NCBI GenBank assembly: GCA_024704765.1
Contig: JAKMXF010000337.1
Coordinates: 166,158-230,157, forward strand
DNA from: Oopsacas minuta
Lineage: Eukaryota; Animalia; Porifera
Direction: 5' to 3'
DNA: 64,000 nt
The notes beneath the pieces are model-generated. The model had not been told where the DNA came from and made no database searches. It saw only the letters and a list, made by a program, of their open reading frames with translations. The position numbers and the translations under genes are program-made. This document shows, piece by piece, positions 12,980 to 26,956 of this stretch. The number at the start of each line of letters is the position of its first letter. Position 1 is the stretch's first letter.

Positions 12980-14720
12980 CACAGTGTGATAGAATGACAA
13001 TTCAGCCGTAATAGGTTTATATTTTAACAATAGCTTCATTAATCTAATATTCATACAGAGGAAATCTACTGTATAGATTCCAAATATCAGATCAGATTTA
13101 AGCCACAATTAAATACATATAACTATGGTGAAATACACCATCAAAAATGATATCCTGTACCTGTCGCTGGAAGTATGGATTAATTTTACCCTTCCTAAAC
13201 CTATAGCTAGCCAGTATTGGGTCATTACAACTTAATAAGCATGTTTTCATATCGCGAAGATTATCCGTGAATGAAAATTTTGAGTTAGGTTTTCCCGAAA
13301 GAGTCTCACATATTTGTTGCATGATTCTGAAAATTGCACAATAAATAACCATTGTTCTATTTCTTAAGAATTTGGTAAGAATCAGAGAGAAATTTATGCA
13401 GGGAAGGATTTATGTTAGCCCATGGGATCTCTCGTAGAATATATCCATATGTTTCCTTACATAATTCTTCTAACTTAAGCGTGTTGATAAACTCATTGGT
13501 ATTGACTAGCTAGAATATTACAAAAAGATTGCTTTGTATTACATCTCAACAAGCTCTATCATTTGGTCCTAATAATGAGGTTGTCTACTCGAGAAATTCT
13601 CTCTTAGTCCTTAGGAATCACAAGGCACATTTCCGGTTGAATAGGTACTGTCATGTGGAGAAGAATATCTACCCTGAAACCACACTGTTCATCAATTATT
13701 AATAGAACTTGTTTTCATTGACCTTTAAGCTTCAGGTTTGAGCGTGACCATGCCTTTGTCCAGCATCCAATTAGTATTATATCACCAGCTTAAACAACCT
13801 AAGGACACAGAGGTAGCATATAAAGGAGTAGGTTTCGAATGTAACTAAATATGTTTACTGTATAGTAAACAAGTTTATTATTGGGAACACATTTCCCAAA
13901 AATGGTATCCCGAAGGATCTTTGACTATAATGATTTCTTGCGCAAAGCAAATTCTCTTCTAAATGGGGAAACTAATTAATAGAATGTAGTTTTATTCATT
14001 CACTCTTTAGTATTACTTAAGCTCCAAATATTTCGTTGCTCTAATCTCATCGAGTAGATATGCAGATTTTACTATTGATAATTTGAGTAGTTCATATCTA
14101 TATGAGCATCTCAATGGTCTGTATTGCAAATGTTAGAAGATTCTCAATTATGCTTTTATTAGAACCAAGTTGTAAATATAGTGCAACGAGTTGTTTGACT
14201 GTTATATTCTCCCTCTGCTAGGAAATAAATGTGTCTAAGAATGACGCTAAGTCGGATCCATAAGTTTTAGATTAGTTACCAAAATATGTTCTTTAAATCT
14301 ATGATAATATCTTCAGAGAAATTTCTTTTTGCTGTAATAGCTAGCAAAGAATGAATCTCTGTCTCCGAATCAACAGAAATTCAATCCCTACCAGAACAAT
14401 TGTTTAGGGAAATTGAATAAAAGTAGGAATTTTCTCAAGTTTCTAGTTCATTCCGTTTCCTAAAACTTTCTCGTGCAGACATTAGAGATTTGTACCTATA
14501 ATGGAGTCCTGCAGTGTCTTCCTCTGGAAAGAGATTCTGGCCAATCAGCTTTTTTGAACAACATTACTAACCTTGCGGCTATATGACAGATATATTGAAT
14601 TTAGTCAATTATGGAAGGAATAATTTTAGACAGAGATATGATGTTTGTACATATATATTGGTTTGGTATGGTACTGGCAGGTCCAAGAAGTGGCATCTCA
14701 ATTGAATCTTAAAAACACCA
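12980..14720 (-). mobile_element. Decayed RAG1-like/Transib transposon (copy D) with intact 3' end
   Basis: CACAGTG (12980-12986), 23 nt, AATAG (13010-13014). C-terminal remnant KFSFTDNLRDMKTCLLSCNDPIL (13098-13352) and a D(G)TYSTGNV remnant near 13630-13660. Right boundary approximate. Confidence 0.7.
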
Positions 14721-15544
14721 TTTATTAAATGGCTGATTATAAATTATATAAGTATGAGACCTGAAAATGCGCATAACTTCACAGATAATGATAAAATAAT
14801 AAAGGTATTATGTGGTTTTTAGCAAATATATGTTTCTAATAATAGCCCTATTTGAATGAAAAGGTAGTTTACCATTATATAATAATTATAAGTCAACGAT
14901 TGCATCACATACACTATTTGTATTATATTGTAAAATATATAGAAGAATTGAGTATATATGCATATGAACAATCCCTATTATCCAAAATGTCGACACCTTT
15001 CAGTGCACTCCATAAATGTAAACTAATCGAGTAAGCTAGCGAGATTAATGGCATAATCAACCATACAATTATTCAGAAATACCTTCATCCGAATCGACGT
15101 GATCCTTTGATAAAACCAAAAGAAAATATCTGTGAAACAATCCTCAAATTCATGTTTAGAACGGTGTGCGGGAGATGGCTGCCCAGACAACATATATTGG
15201 TTTATGAGGTCATTTATTTAAGAAATAGATAAACGCTGCTTAATAGCAATAAATAAAATTAATAATGTAAATTTTCGAGTCAAATGAGAACTCCACTCAG
15301 TCTGGACAAATGCCAGGAAGAGATGTGTCCTGAGTAAGCAAAATTAACTGTAATACACTAATCTGAGCAGCATACCTGAGTTTAATCCGAGTACGCAAAG
15401 TTGATTGCACGCAATTAAAAATGATAAAATTGTTTGAAATCAAATCTGTTGTACTTGTACTTCTGAATATGATATGATGACATGAAACTGTAACAAAATT
15501 CACATCACTAATGAAGTCATTGCGGAATAATTGCACTCTAATCA

Positions 15545-16720
15545 GAGCCGCATTAAGGGTCGTCTGGGCGCTGGAGCAGTCTAAAATTTTATGGCCCCAT
15601 AGATCTTACAACGAAAAGACGCCAAAGTTTTCAGAATCAAATTTGCCAACAATATAGAAATCTTATATAAAACATACACAACAGAAACAACTCTTTACAT
15701 AGGCTTTTTCCAGCTCATATTCTTTGCAAATTTTCTATCACATTGCTGAAATCAAGCTTGCGAACATCTTGTGCTGAATGTACACATGTGTAGCATGACC
15801 AGACGTTGTTGACCCATGTTCGATCACAATTGGTTCTTCATGCCCAACTCGCTCTACACAACAAGTATCCAAACGGTCGAACTAGCTAAGAATCTACTGC
15901 ATGAAGTCGATCAACCACTTCAATAAACCTGCAGCAGTGTTCAATGCTCTTCTAGCCGTCTGCAGTTGAGATTCACTTCAAGCGCTAGATTGAGAAGGTG
16001 CGAATATCTTGTGCAACAAAGGCATATTGGGAAGCATCGCAGCATCCGATGTTTTTTTTTGGCTACAGCCACTTTGCGAATCACAGGACCAGATGTGCTA
16101 CGAGTTGTATTGCAGATTAGTTGTATAGTATGTTTCAATATCAATCATATCTATTTTAATTCACCAAACATTGTAGTTTGAACAACACTTCAGGATAATA
16201 TAGAATTTAACATCACATTTACAACAAGATACTTTCAAACTCTAGATACAATAGTAGTATATAATTCACAGTCTGAATCAATTAGAAACCAATTAGATAC
16301 CATTAAAAGCAAATAACAACTATTCAATATTATTATAGAACTATTGGTAACAAATTTTGATCTAATGAAGTAGCCATCACCTCTGAAAATCCTCATATTA
16401 CTCCATTTGAGGTAATCACCCCTGTTGGGACCCCTTGCCGGTATAGTATAATCAACTATGTGTAACAACTCATCTTACTGTAGCGGGCACCTCCTGTTTG
16501 CCTTTTATGGCTGCTGCAGCACCCATAGTCCACTTAATACTCCTCTGATTGTCATTGGAGACTGTCGGTTGGTCAGGTTTTAGTCTGACTAACTATGGTG
16601 GCCCGATGTTTTGCATGGGTAAACCACGTCTTCCTTCTCAGTCCCTGAATTATTGCCACAAAATATCCTAAACGGCCCAAAGCAGTTGAAGAAAACTAAT
16701 TATGCTATCGTAAATGCTGG
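15545..16720 (-). pseudogene. hAT (ZMYM1/P58IPK-like) transposase remnant
   Basis: SHLLNLAL (CxxH region, ORF 15941-16144), RSNMGQQRL near 15790-15825, and a GC-rich hAT-like end CAGAGCCGCATTAAGG near 15543. Confidence 0.55.
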
Positions 16721-16809
16721 AAACACTGCGGATATTTGAATATGCAAATGATAATATTCCTAAAAGAACTATATATCTATGTTACTCAACACTAGCATGA
16801 CTAAATCGA

Positions 16810-17265
16810 AGAAAAATTTTATAATTAGATATTCTCTAGTCACACTTTGCTCAATTAATAGATAATGAGCTAATTGAGCTTTCATTTCTCAATTATGTGT
16901 GCGTCACTTCGTAACTGAATAAACAATTTGCCAAATAAATTTAACTCCAATTATATAAATATTTGCAAGTCAGTTTCGAGAAACTCAAAGATTCTCAAGC
17001 TGTAGTCCATTCTGGTGCCATTATTCTAGTGATGGGCCACTTCTATCGAACATACGAAAATATAAATATTTTAACAAGATTTGCTCAAATCAATTCGTAA
17101 TATTCCTACTAGAGTAATACAGAGCCGTAAAATTCAAATTTACTTTCAGAATTCTTCCATCTCAATTCAATTCTATGCAATCTGCAATTAAATATTTAAT
17201 TACCTCATAATCTATTTAATGACACAAGTGTGGCTAGAAAATTTCTAAATGTAAAATTCCATAGA
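16810..17265. repeat. Old non-autonomous element with imperfect terminal inverted repeats
   Basis: aattttataattagatattctctagtcacactt...aatagataatgag on the left pairs with its reverse complement near 17195-17260. Interior homologous to 2890-3175. Confidence 0.45.
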
Positions 17266-18794
17266 GTATTACAAAAGATTACGTAATTCCAAGTTGGGTT
17301 CTTTTAACCGGCATGCTCTTATAACCTGTGTTCTTATATCCGGTATCTACGATAAATACCCGACATCCCACGCCCTGATATTACATTTATGATAACACAG
17401 AATATTATCATGCAATCTTGAATAAGATATTATATGGGCATATTCAGGATTACGTCACAATCTTACAGGATATTAAATCAATCTATATTACCAGGACCTT
17501 AGGAGTCGAGTATGTACTATAAATGGACTCTCTTGATTTGAACATAATTGTAAAGGAGGTGTCTGAATTAGTTCGAATTTTGAAGTTGTCACAAGTTAGA
17601 ATTCTATCAACTGTCACAAGTTATATTCCCTTTTTGATACTACTGTCACAAGTTAGAATTAATAAGGAATCTCATATGCGACTTATCCAAACATTCTATT
17701 TTGAAACGAAGCAGTCCGTGTTATATTATAGTTGAGCGTTTCCATATGTAACTAACGGGACATAGACAAATATTTATCGGATTTTTGACATTCATGAGAT
17801 ATATGGTGTAAATTCGTTCTGAATTGCGAGATATTTGTTCGGATCGTGTTAATAGTATTGCGTTAATTTTTATATACAAATTTTCAAACTTCAGATTTTT
17901 GAGCCTGACTGTTGACTAATGGGACATTTTTCACCTTAAAGCTTATCTATATCAAGCGAGTCAACATAGTTTCTGCTCATCTATTTACCTAAACATATTT
18001 TGTTGACTTTCGATAATAACATTGATAATGCTAGTAATTATATCTAAATTGAATTATGAGAGAACTCCTATTCCTTTAACAATTGATCATCCAATGACTT
18101 TGACTAACGGGATAAAAGAGGATGTGACTAACGGGACATGCCCCCAAAACGAGTATAATTTACCTCGATTCAGACTTGCAGTTGCCAGTTCATATGATAT
18201 TAGAAATAGAATTATCCTACTTGTGCAACCAGCAGATTGTATGTACAAACATATGAGGTACTATTAATTATCACGCAAATGTTCGCAGAAAAATTGTAAA
18301 TCAAGCAGAATGTAGATTGGTAGTAAACAGAATTACTGAAGTTCCTTCAGTTAGTGCTGGTGCTCAGGGGTATGCCAGCCCTGGTTGACAACATCATAAA
18401 CTACTTTAGCTGTAGTACTAGTACTACTCACAGTTGGTATTTATATACTGTACTGCAATACACAAATACTACCTAACAAGCTATTGTTAGTAGTGCTAAA
18501 TATCGATATCCAAATCCTCAGGAAATTCATAAACACCACGCCGCAAAAGAGGACAAGGTAGTACTTGAATAACCTCGCTTTGTTGAGCTACCACCTCGTC
18601 ACTTTCATTTAGCAATATTCTCCTCTTTGTCAGTGGTTTGCCAAAGCAAAGATTCAGTTTGTCTTCTGAAGAGTTGATACTAATTACAACTGCTACGAAA
18701 TGTTTGGTTGTTTTAACAGCGTTTCCAGAATAAGCATGAGTTACGATTACAAAAGATTCAGTTTGTAGTGATAATGTTCTATCAGCTACCGATC

Positions 18795-20600
18795 TCACAA
18801 TGGTTGGCTCTTTTGACTTGGTGGTATAAAAGGGTGTAAAGCAGTAGAATAACTTTTCATTTCTATTTCGTCCTCTATAATTTGAAACTGATGAGCGTTT
18901 GATATTCCTGGTAAATTTACACTGCCATTTTCAAATAAGCTAACAAATCCATATTTTTCATTATCCTCCTTAACTTGCTGAGAAGATATGTGATAAATAT
19001 TGATCTTTGGACAAACTTCTAAGACACACTCGTAAAATGTAATTGAATCCTTAACAATTGCTCGTCGTTGGAATACTCTGGTTACCACCTGCCTTTTATA
19101 GTGCCACCTATAGCATCTACAGGTCCTTTGCCATGTGATGTGGCAAAAAAGTTCCATATAACTCTAATGTTATTGGTTTGTTCTAAGCGCTTGAGCGATG
19201 CAGCAATAAAACGATTTTTGAATTCACTCCACGAACCATCCGACCAAATATTAAGAATAGAAACTTCAGAATCAATTAATGACTTTATTAAGTGGTTAAG
19301 AAAGACAACGACGAGTCTTTAGTATACGCAATGTCATCTGATACTATAATAGCAGATCTAGATGTGTCGTCGTGCCAATATACTGCTGTTAAGATAGTGA
19401 CCTGCGTTTTACTCCAATGAGCAGACTGGATTTCGTCTTGCCATGTTGTGTTAAAATTTCCAGAAAAGACGATCTGCATCATAGCAATATTCAATTTATC
19501 ACTTAGGTGCACTTTCATGTAGTTGTAATGAGCGGCCTGTTTTCCTTTTATAAAATGGTGCCAGTTGAAAGTAGGAAGCATTTCAAATAAAGAATTATAA
19601 AGCTCACTTGGTAATCCAGTTTTATGAATCTTCTCCATTCCCCCTTTACCATTTAAGCCCACAATTTTTTCCCATTGAAACCATCGGATGAAGTTCTCTT
19701 CTCTAAGTTCACCATCTAGATATGTCTTTTGATCTGAATCTAAATCAAGTGTTAGTGGATACTTCTCTTTAAAAAGTACTCCATCTTTGCAAATTTCACA
19801 TTTATTGCACCAACAGTTATCACTACATTTAGCACAAATTAATGAAGATGCTAATTCATGATGATATAATGGGAACCTGACATTAAATCTATGTAAAGCA
19901 CCCAAAGGAGGATGAAGTTTTCATGGTATCGACAAACACACACGTTTCTAGGAAGTTCACTTGTAAGTAGCACATGGGGAGGACGCAATGCTGCAAATTT
20001 AGACTTTCCTATCTTGATATCAGGATATTCTTTTTGCCAAAGAGAGTATGCTTCCATGATAACCATTATCATGTGACGTTTTTGTATGTGTGTTTTAGCT
20101 CTATTTTCTCTGACAGTAATTGTATCCCTTTTTCCTGGGGCTTGTCGCGATATTTCATCTCGCTGATACTGTATCACTGCGGTTTTTATCGAATCAGGTA
20201 AAGCTGTTCGTCCAGGTGTACTACTTTTCCTCCTCAAATGCCAGGTGTTTTATTACTGCATTCTTTTTCCTGGGGTTACCAGGCAGATTACGTTTGACTC
20301 GAGCAATAGCCTTTCCAAAACTAGCCTTGCTAGAGTAAGCATTCAGAGATGGAGATTGTTGCGTGTCCGACGTAGTTTCCAGAGTCTTGAGCGATTTCCT
20401 GTACCTGGCTTTTCGTTCACGCTCTTTCACTCTCCTTTCTTCAATAACTTTGTCCTTTTGCTCTAAGGGAGTGAATCCAATTTTATTTTTTTCATTTGTC
20501 TATTTTGAGCCATGTAAAGCTTCTGTTTCTCTAAGAAATCTTTGTATGAGGTGCCTGATTTGATTTTTCCATTTGCTGGCGTTTCCTCTTTGCAGCATAA
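18795..20600 (-). pseudogene. Sola2-like transposase, frameshifted
   Basis: ORF pieces 20221-20430, 19851-20237, 19288-19905 and 18795-19157 carry DEISRQAPGKRD, KIGKSKFAALRP, CVCRYHEN and WQDEIQSAHW. The frame between them gives WSDG..EFKN and WNFFATSHGKGPVDAIGGTIK. Confidence 0.75.
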
Positions 20601-20903
20601 CTAGTAGACGTTCTAAGCTCCAAGGGTTAATATTTACTAATTAGGAAGATTAAAATGCAGGTATTATTACTTGTATCACGTAATATAATTGTGGAATAAA
20701 CACAATTCCACGTAATCTTATGAACCTCCAATTCCAATATGTATATATATTCAATATGCAATGCCTATACTACTCAGTTCTGAGAAACGGAATTTTGTTT
20801 ACGTCAATAGATAGAATTTCAAAAATGATACTTCAAGCTTCGCAGACTATTAAATTACATTCTTTGAAATGGAATAATACAGATTGGTTCAGATTGCGAA
20901 TAA

Positions 20904-21079
20904 CTAACGAGACAAATAACTAACAGGGCATGTGACTAACAGGACATGCATCTAACGGGACACGTGACTAACAGGACATGCGACTAACAGGACATGCATC
21001 TAACGGGACATGTGACTAACAGGGCATGTATCTAACGAGACACGTGACTAACAGGACATGCAACTAACAAGACACATTT
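20904..21079. repeat. 16-bp tandem array, 11 units (consensus CTAAC(A/G)GGACATG(T/C)GA)
   Basis: Unit starts every 16 nt from 20904 to 21064. Single copies occur at 17752, 17916, 18104, 18128 and 21231, all in the same orientation. Confidence 0.9.
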
Positions 21080-21716
21080 ATTTTTTACCTGGCGAAAGAC
21101 ATAAAGTGGAAACAGAAAAAATGAAATAATGTAAGTCCTCCTGTCTAAGTCCTTTAAGAAAATATAACTTTTCAGATAGATTCAAGTCAATTCTCACTTC
21201 AAATCAAACTTCTGAGTGGTCTATCTGTAACTAACGGGACTTCATATATATAAAATTTAAATCACAAACTAAAATTGTAAAATGAAAAGATACAGTCAAC
21301 TTTATATAAGAATATAGTTCAGACTCGTTACCATTATATATAATTAAAATTTAACTAAGGTTATTGAATATTTACCTTTAGGATATTACATGTCGCCCAA
21401 CGTCTAAATGAAATTTCGAATCTTAAAGAATTCGCGTGTGGCAGAATACTTCCGGCGCAGCATCTTTTTGCAAGGATGGTTCACTATTCTGACCACCATT
21501 TTGACACTTTAAGGTATTTAAATACCGAAATATAATAAGAATTTAGCTCTAGATATGATTGGAAAATTTGCGTTATGTTGCGTTTAGGGTGGAATTGTTG
21601 TGTTGTGATTCGTGTTAAGCCTAAATCGAGGAACTTACGAATATTCTTATATACTTAAGTAGAATACGGAATTTTGTATAAATTGATGATCTCTAAGTCT
21701 TCTGAAATTTCGATAA

Positions 21717-23290
21717 ATGGAATACACTTTGCAGAAATATAAACGCAGCAGGAGGAACGTTTACACAACTACAGATAGTCACAAAAACATCAAATCGACA
21801 ATAATCGGTAGCCAGATCTATCGCAGGTGCGTTATCTTTCAATCTAGGAAATGTAAAGCAACTTGCAAACTAGGTGGGATACAAACTTGGTCAATCCATT
21901 GTTGGGTCAACACAACCATAGTGATACTGAGTATGATACACACATTAATGAGCCCAAAACAAAATGCAAAACAATTTCCAATATTCACTATGCAATCTTA
22001 GACAGATATTAATAAAGCCACAAGAAATGATCCTTCTGCATGTGATATATCATTTCCACAATGCGAATCATCTATGAACCGCGCGAGAAGAACATTACAT
22101 CCCATAATCCTCAGACAGCTTCCGATTTCAGCGATTTGTTATCAACTAAAACTTTTGGAGATTATTACAAATTCTCTGTAAGGTGTGGGAATGATATTGG
22201 AGTCGTTTTCTACTCAGACAAAATGGGCACCTTGTTGTTAGAAATTTCTAATATCCAGTTGGACGGGAGGTTTTACACGGTGCAAATTCAGGTCTATCAG
22301 CTTAAGACTATATGTATTGCTGTTGAGAAACATTCTCTAACTCTAATTCAAGGCTTAATGACGAAAGAGTCAATATTTATATCCAGCAGTATTGGAAACT
22401 ATTATTACAAACTCCACCATTTCAAGCCATTAGCATCCATGTTGGACTGGGATCCAGCTGCTCGCAATGCCATTCGATAAGTGTTTCCTCATATATATGT
22501 GTCTGGTTGTTGGTTTCATTTTGCGCAAAGTATTTGGATGAAGACACAAAACTAGGACTTAGCCAAGTTTTAAGATTAACCACAAGGTAACCAAATACAT
22601 CAACAACTGATAGCAATCCCCCTTTTTGTCTTCATCACTACTTAATCCCACTTTTGGTTCCCTTCAAATTCCTACCCTAGAACAGACAGATGTGGTAAAG
22701 CTCCAGACAGTGAAGAATTACTTTCAAAAACTCTGGTTACCAGAATTTAACCAGAGGAACTTTCAATCTACAAACTAAATATCACAACGAATATTTTCAG
22801 CAGAGTTACCATTCAGAATTAAAATCGATAATTAAAACTCATCATCCTCGGATATGGGCATTCGTTAATACACTCAATGAGCTAATACAAGACACAGATA
22901 ACGGTATCGGTCGTTTGCGCCAGGGTAGGGAAATATGTCGGTCAAGGAAATTGAAAATATTAATATTGAAAAACAAAGAAATATGCTAAAATAATAATTA
23001 AGAGATAGAAAATGTACACCTTGGGAATGTCTCGAATCAATCAGCAATACGATTGGAAACAGAAAATTTCAAAATAATTTTCCCTCGAGCGATTCTGAAC
23101 CTGAAGGTGAAAGTGATGAAACTGATATAACTGAAATAAATGCGTTGCATGTCTATCACTTCGTACAACTATTTGGAATTTCCTGCATTGTAGGCATGTT
23201 TGCTGTTGCAGGCAATGTAGTGAAAGGCTTGAAGAATTGGAACAACTTGTCCGGTTGTCGTTCTACAGTTCACAGTAGGTTTTAAATTTT
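21717..23290 (+). pseudogene. MULE transposase with N-terminal FLYWCH-like region and C-terminal RING finger, frameshifted
   Basis: IYRRCV...KCKATCKL, QLDGRFYTV..YQL, MLDWDPAARNAIR, VFPHIYVSGCWFHFAQ, AESYHS. C-terminal CVAC...CRHVCCCRQC...CPV(C)R at 23141-23265. Confidence 0.75.
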
Positions 23291-23531
23291 TCTAGAGTAA
23301 TTTCTGGCACAAATTTCCATGTTATCAATAGTATATTTTCATGTTTTCATTATTATTTGTTCATGTTATTTTTCTTTTTTCTGTGACAATAACTTCATAT
23401 ACTTAATTCGATTCTAGCTTGTGCCAACTTCAAAATTCTAACAAATGCAACGTCCACTTGTAACGATTATAGTTATAAAAGAATAATATTAAGATTATTT
23501 GAGATTCTATTATATGCATAGTTGGAAATAC

Positions 23532-23654
23532 TAGGGCGTAACTAGCATTGAGGCATAGGGAAAAACTGCCTCCAAGCTTTTTCGGTCGTTGCCTTTCATA
23601 TTGAGGCAATTATTCATTCTTGCCTCCTCTCTCTGCGATCTCTAGTTACGCCTA
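23532..23654. mobile_element. hAT-type MITE, about 123 bp
   Basis: TAG(G)GCGTAACTAG ... CTAGTTACGCCTA inverted ends. No 8-bp TSD recovered. Confidence 0.55.
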
Positions 23655-23752
23655 ATAAATTTAGCCTATTTTAGGAACATTTGTGTCCGCATTATACGTG
23701 ACGAATACATATTTGATTTGTGCCACTTCAGTCAAATGGCGGACCAAATTAT

Positions 23753-23816
23753 AATGCTAACAACTCAACAAGATTTGCTCTTTTTAATGCTAACAACTCA
23801 ACAGGATTTGCTCTTA
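23753..23816. repeat. 33-bp tandem duplication
   Basis: AATGCTAACAACTCAACA(A/G)GATTTGCTCTT x2. Confidence 0.8.
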
Positions 23817-24019
23817 AACAACGATGTTAACAAGCATAGTCCAATAGTTCCTTCAGGTATCAAATCGTGTGATTTAGCACTGATTCGGTAATTCCAGCAC
23901 AATATCTCAGAAATACAAGCAAACATGTATCAACAAACCGGACTGCAAAAGAAGTTGAAAGTAAAAATGTATTTGTATGTAAACAATTGTTTATAATTTG
24001 AATGAGTAAATTTAAATAG

Positions 24020-24700
24020 CACAGAAATTGTTGGGCTAATGCTCAAGGTTTTTTGTTGCTGGTAGGAGGAATTGATTTTGGCATTGTCTATTGAAGTTCT
24101 GTGAACTGTTGAATCAGTTTGATCCCATGTTCAACAACATTGTCTACCCATACCTGATGTCGTGGTGATTTGTTTGTGGCTAGGTTGCAATCTTTCAACA
24201 AGCTCAACTTTAACTTCGGCAGTTACTTGGTTTGAGAATAGCCCAAGCTAAGCCAACTCCAGAGAAATGTCCGAAGAGTGTCTGACCATAACCCGAAAGC
24301 AATGGTGCTATACTCAATTTAGAACTATGCGGCGGTATCACAAAGGTCAATTCCCAGAAAACAACTCGAAAGTGATGATAGTTTACAGAGGGTATGAAAA
24401 ATCAACATAAATCAATAAAAAATCTAGAGAATGAACATTGCTCTACCAGTTGAATCTCGATTAACAGCTCTGTAGGAGTTAGCAACCCATTGTCTGTCTA
24501 ATAAACGTCCTATCATTTTAACTAGTTCACAAACTGCTGAAGACTACTAACAAAGGTTCCATTGGTTTTTCTAGAACGAGAATATAGTGAACATAACTTA
24601 TCGAAAATATTTTGAAATGGTTCATGGCATTACTCTTTTAATGGCATCAAATACTGACAACTCCAGAAGATGAAACAAACCTATAAAATGTTATTTAGAT
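24020..24700 (-). pseudogene. Heavily decayed DDE-transposase-like remnant, family unresolved
   Basis: DNVVEHGIKLIQQF near 24110-24150 resembles the NDxAERGxKLIxxF motif seen in some DNA transposases. Confidence 0.3.
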
Positions 24701-26956
24701 TGTTATTATGGATACGTGTCCCTACAGCGCATGTCTTTTCCAAGGGTTACACTCGTACCATCGCTAGTTAGATTGCATTAACAAGAGATGGTGCAAGCGA
24801 AATACTTGGAAAAAATAGCGGTGTTCTGTTGTAATAACAATCACCAAATCCAAGGGAATTAATCATATACATGTGATTAATTCAAAAGTGCGAAAAATGC
24901 ACCGAGCGTAATCTGTACAGTATACTGCTATATTTGTGCGATTGGATGATATTTTAGCATATAATTCTTTCATATGAAAGATATTTGTGCGATTCAACCA
25001 ACCACCGTATCTAACAGAAAACGTTCCATTATTTCAAGCTGTTCGTAAGTTTATTGTGCGAAATGCAGAAAAATGCACGCATGCACGAATAAATAGATCG
25101 CACAAAGATATCTGCGCGAGGTATATTCAGTACAATAATAAGCGTCGTCACACAGCAAAAATTGAGTCATAGAAAGTTAAAAGGTAGTTTTTATGATGTT
25201 TTCTTGATATCTAGAATATTCTGTACCACCAAAAGCCACGCTAGCAACTTTGCATTATTTACATAAACCTTGGGGTGTGTGATTCGGTTTTTGCTGAATT
25301 TGCTTTAAATTTTCGTTTTTAGATTGGCATTGTGACATACTCTCTTAATTCATTAGACAAATTGACCCAATATGGTCATTAAATATGTATTTGATAAATG
25401 GGAATAGTCCTAGCAAATATATATTTTCCATGTACCTGACACAGGAAATAACATTTTTTCGTCGATTGGGGTCCTCGAGCATTAACAGAGCAAATCAACT
25501 ATGCCGTTTCAATTGGCAATAATCTCACTTTCCGGTATAGTCTATATCGGAAATTATAAGCAAAGTCCGAAAATTCACTGCTCACATTCCTAAGGTTATG
25601 TAAATACATAAATCTCTCATAGTTGCCAGATGTACACCTTCTGGCTTCTGCGAAGAACTGCTCGAGATCAGTATGCCATCATAAAACCTTCCTTCTACTA
25701 CAACTCAATTTTTCCTTACCTGCCAACCCTCCCGGGATGGGATCCCTGAATTATCCCATATTTCAGCGCACTACTGGAGAAATCTTTTAAAATACCTGGA
25801 AAACTCTGCTGTTTTATGAATACTTTCGGGTGTTACAGGGGAATAAGCTGAAATAATTTGGTTTGGTAATGAAAATCTTGGGAAAAGTTAAGGGGTTTTA
25901 AGTATGTTTTTGATAAATTATATATTTCTTTACTACTTGTTACAAATCTGTCCTAAGGCAACTATGACTTAAATAACTCATTGGCAATGGTTTGAATATT
26001 CACGAGGCGGGGTAGGATGTGAGAGATCAGAAGCGCTAGCACTCTGGAGAGGAGCGATATAAACTGATGAGGGGCTTGGATTTCTTATCTACTTGGGCAG
26101 TGATGGGGGCCCCAAGAAAAAATTGCAGCCCACGGGCCCATAGATGTCTAGTTTCGCAACTGATCATAGACCATAGACCATAGGCCCATAGTTTTGTCGT
26201 TCAACAACTTTTGTAACTTTTGCCTATCAATTATGCCAAATAACCCAGCTGAGTCATCATCTCATTATTCAGAGCCATTTAACGTCGAGTTTTGTTTTCA
26301 AATGGATTCACATCCGTGTACAAGTACTAACAGGTATTTTGACTTGGAAAGAAAGATATGATATCTAAAATCTGGTGAAAATGAAAGCACTCTTGTCAAA
26401 ATATAATTATGTACCCAACTGTAGATCTGATATGGTCCGTATGTTTTGCCGAGCTTATGATTTCACATCTAAATGCCTCAATCCGGTGTGCATTTAGTCT
26501 TGGGAGAATAGGCCGCCGTTTTATCCGGCCCCTGTATTCAACTTACAAATACTAGCGTCATCGCAAACTGGGGCCTAAACGAGATGATGTATGACAGTTT
26601 GAACCTTTCAGGAAGTCTTACCCGATTTAAATCTATTTACCCTAAATATGCTCAATTCGCTTTGGGGTCAATTTAACATTTAATGAGATATATACAATTT
26701 GGCTCTCATTGTCATTGTTTTCTACGCTACTCTCATATCTGTAGTACATCGTAGTCCTTGATCTCAAGGGGCGCAGGACATTAATTCATGGATGGCAACA
26801 ACCTGTCAAATTATGTAATTAGTCATGATACAAGAAAGATTTACCGGGCATTAAGAAAATGTGCCAACACTTATTGGTGAAGCAGTCTAAAAGGGACAAA
26901 AATACCAAAAATATACAAACAAGGCCAATAAATGAAGAACACATTTCCAAAGGGGA

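Larger units (their letters stand above)
17508..21326 (-). mobile_element. Sola2-like DNA transposon (putative extent)
   Basis: Contains the pseudogene at 18795-20600. Candidate imperfect TIR GAGTATGTACTATA / GAGTCTGAACTATA (GAG termini fit Sola2). No matching TSD, so the ends are tentative. Confidence 0.45.

Noticed and set aside
20904-21079. CRISPR array
   Set aside because: Contiguous 16-bp units with no unique spacers, no cas genes, and a eukaryotic context.
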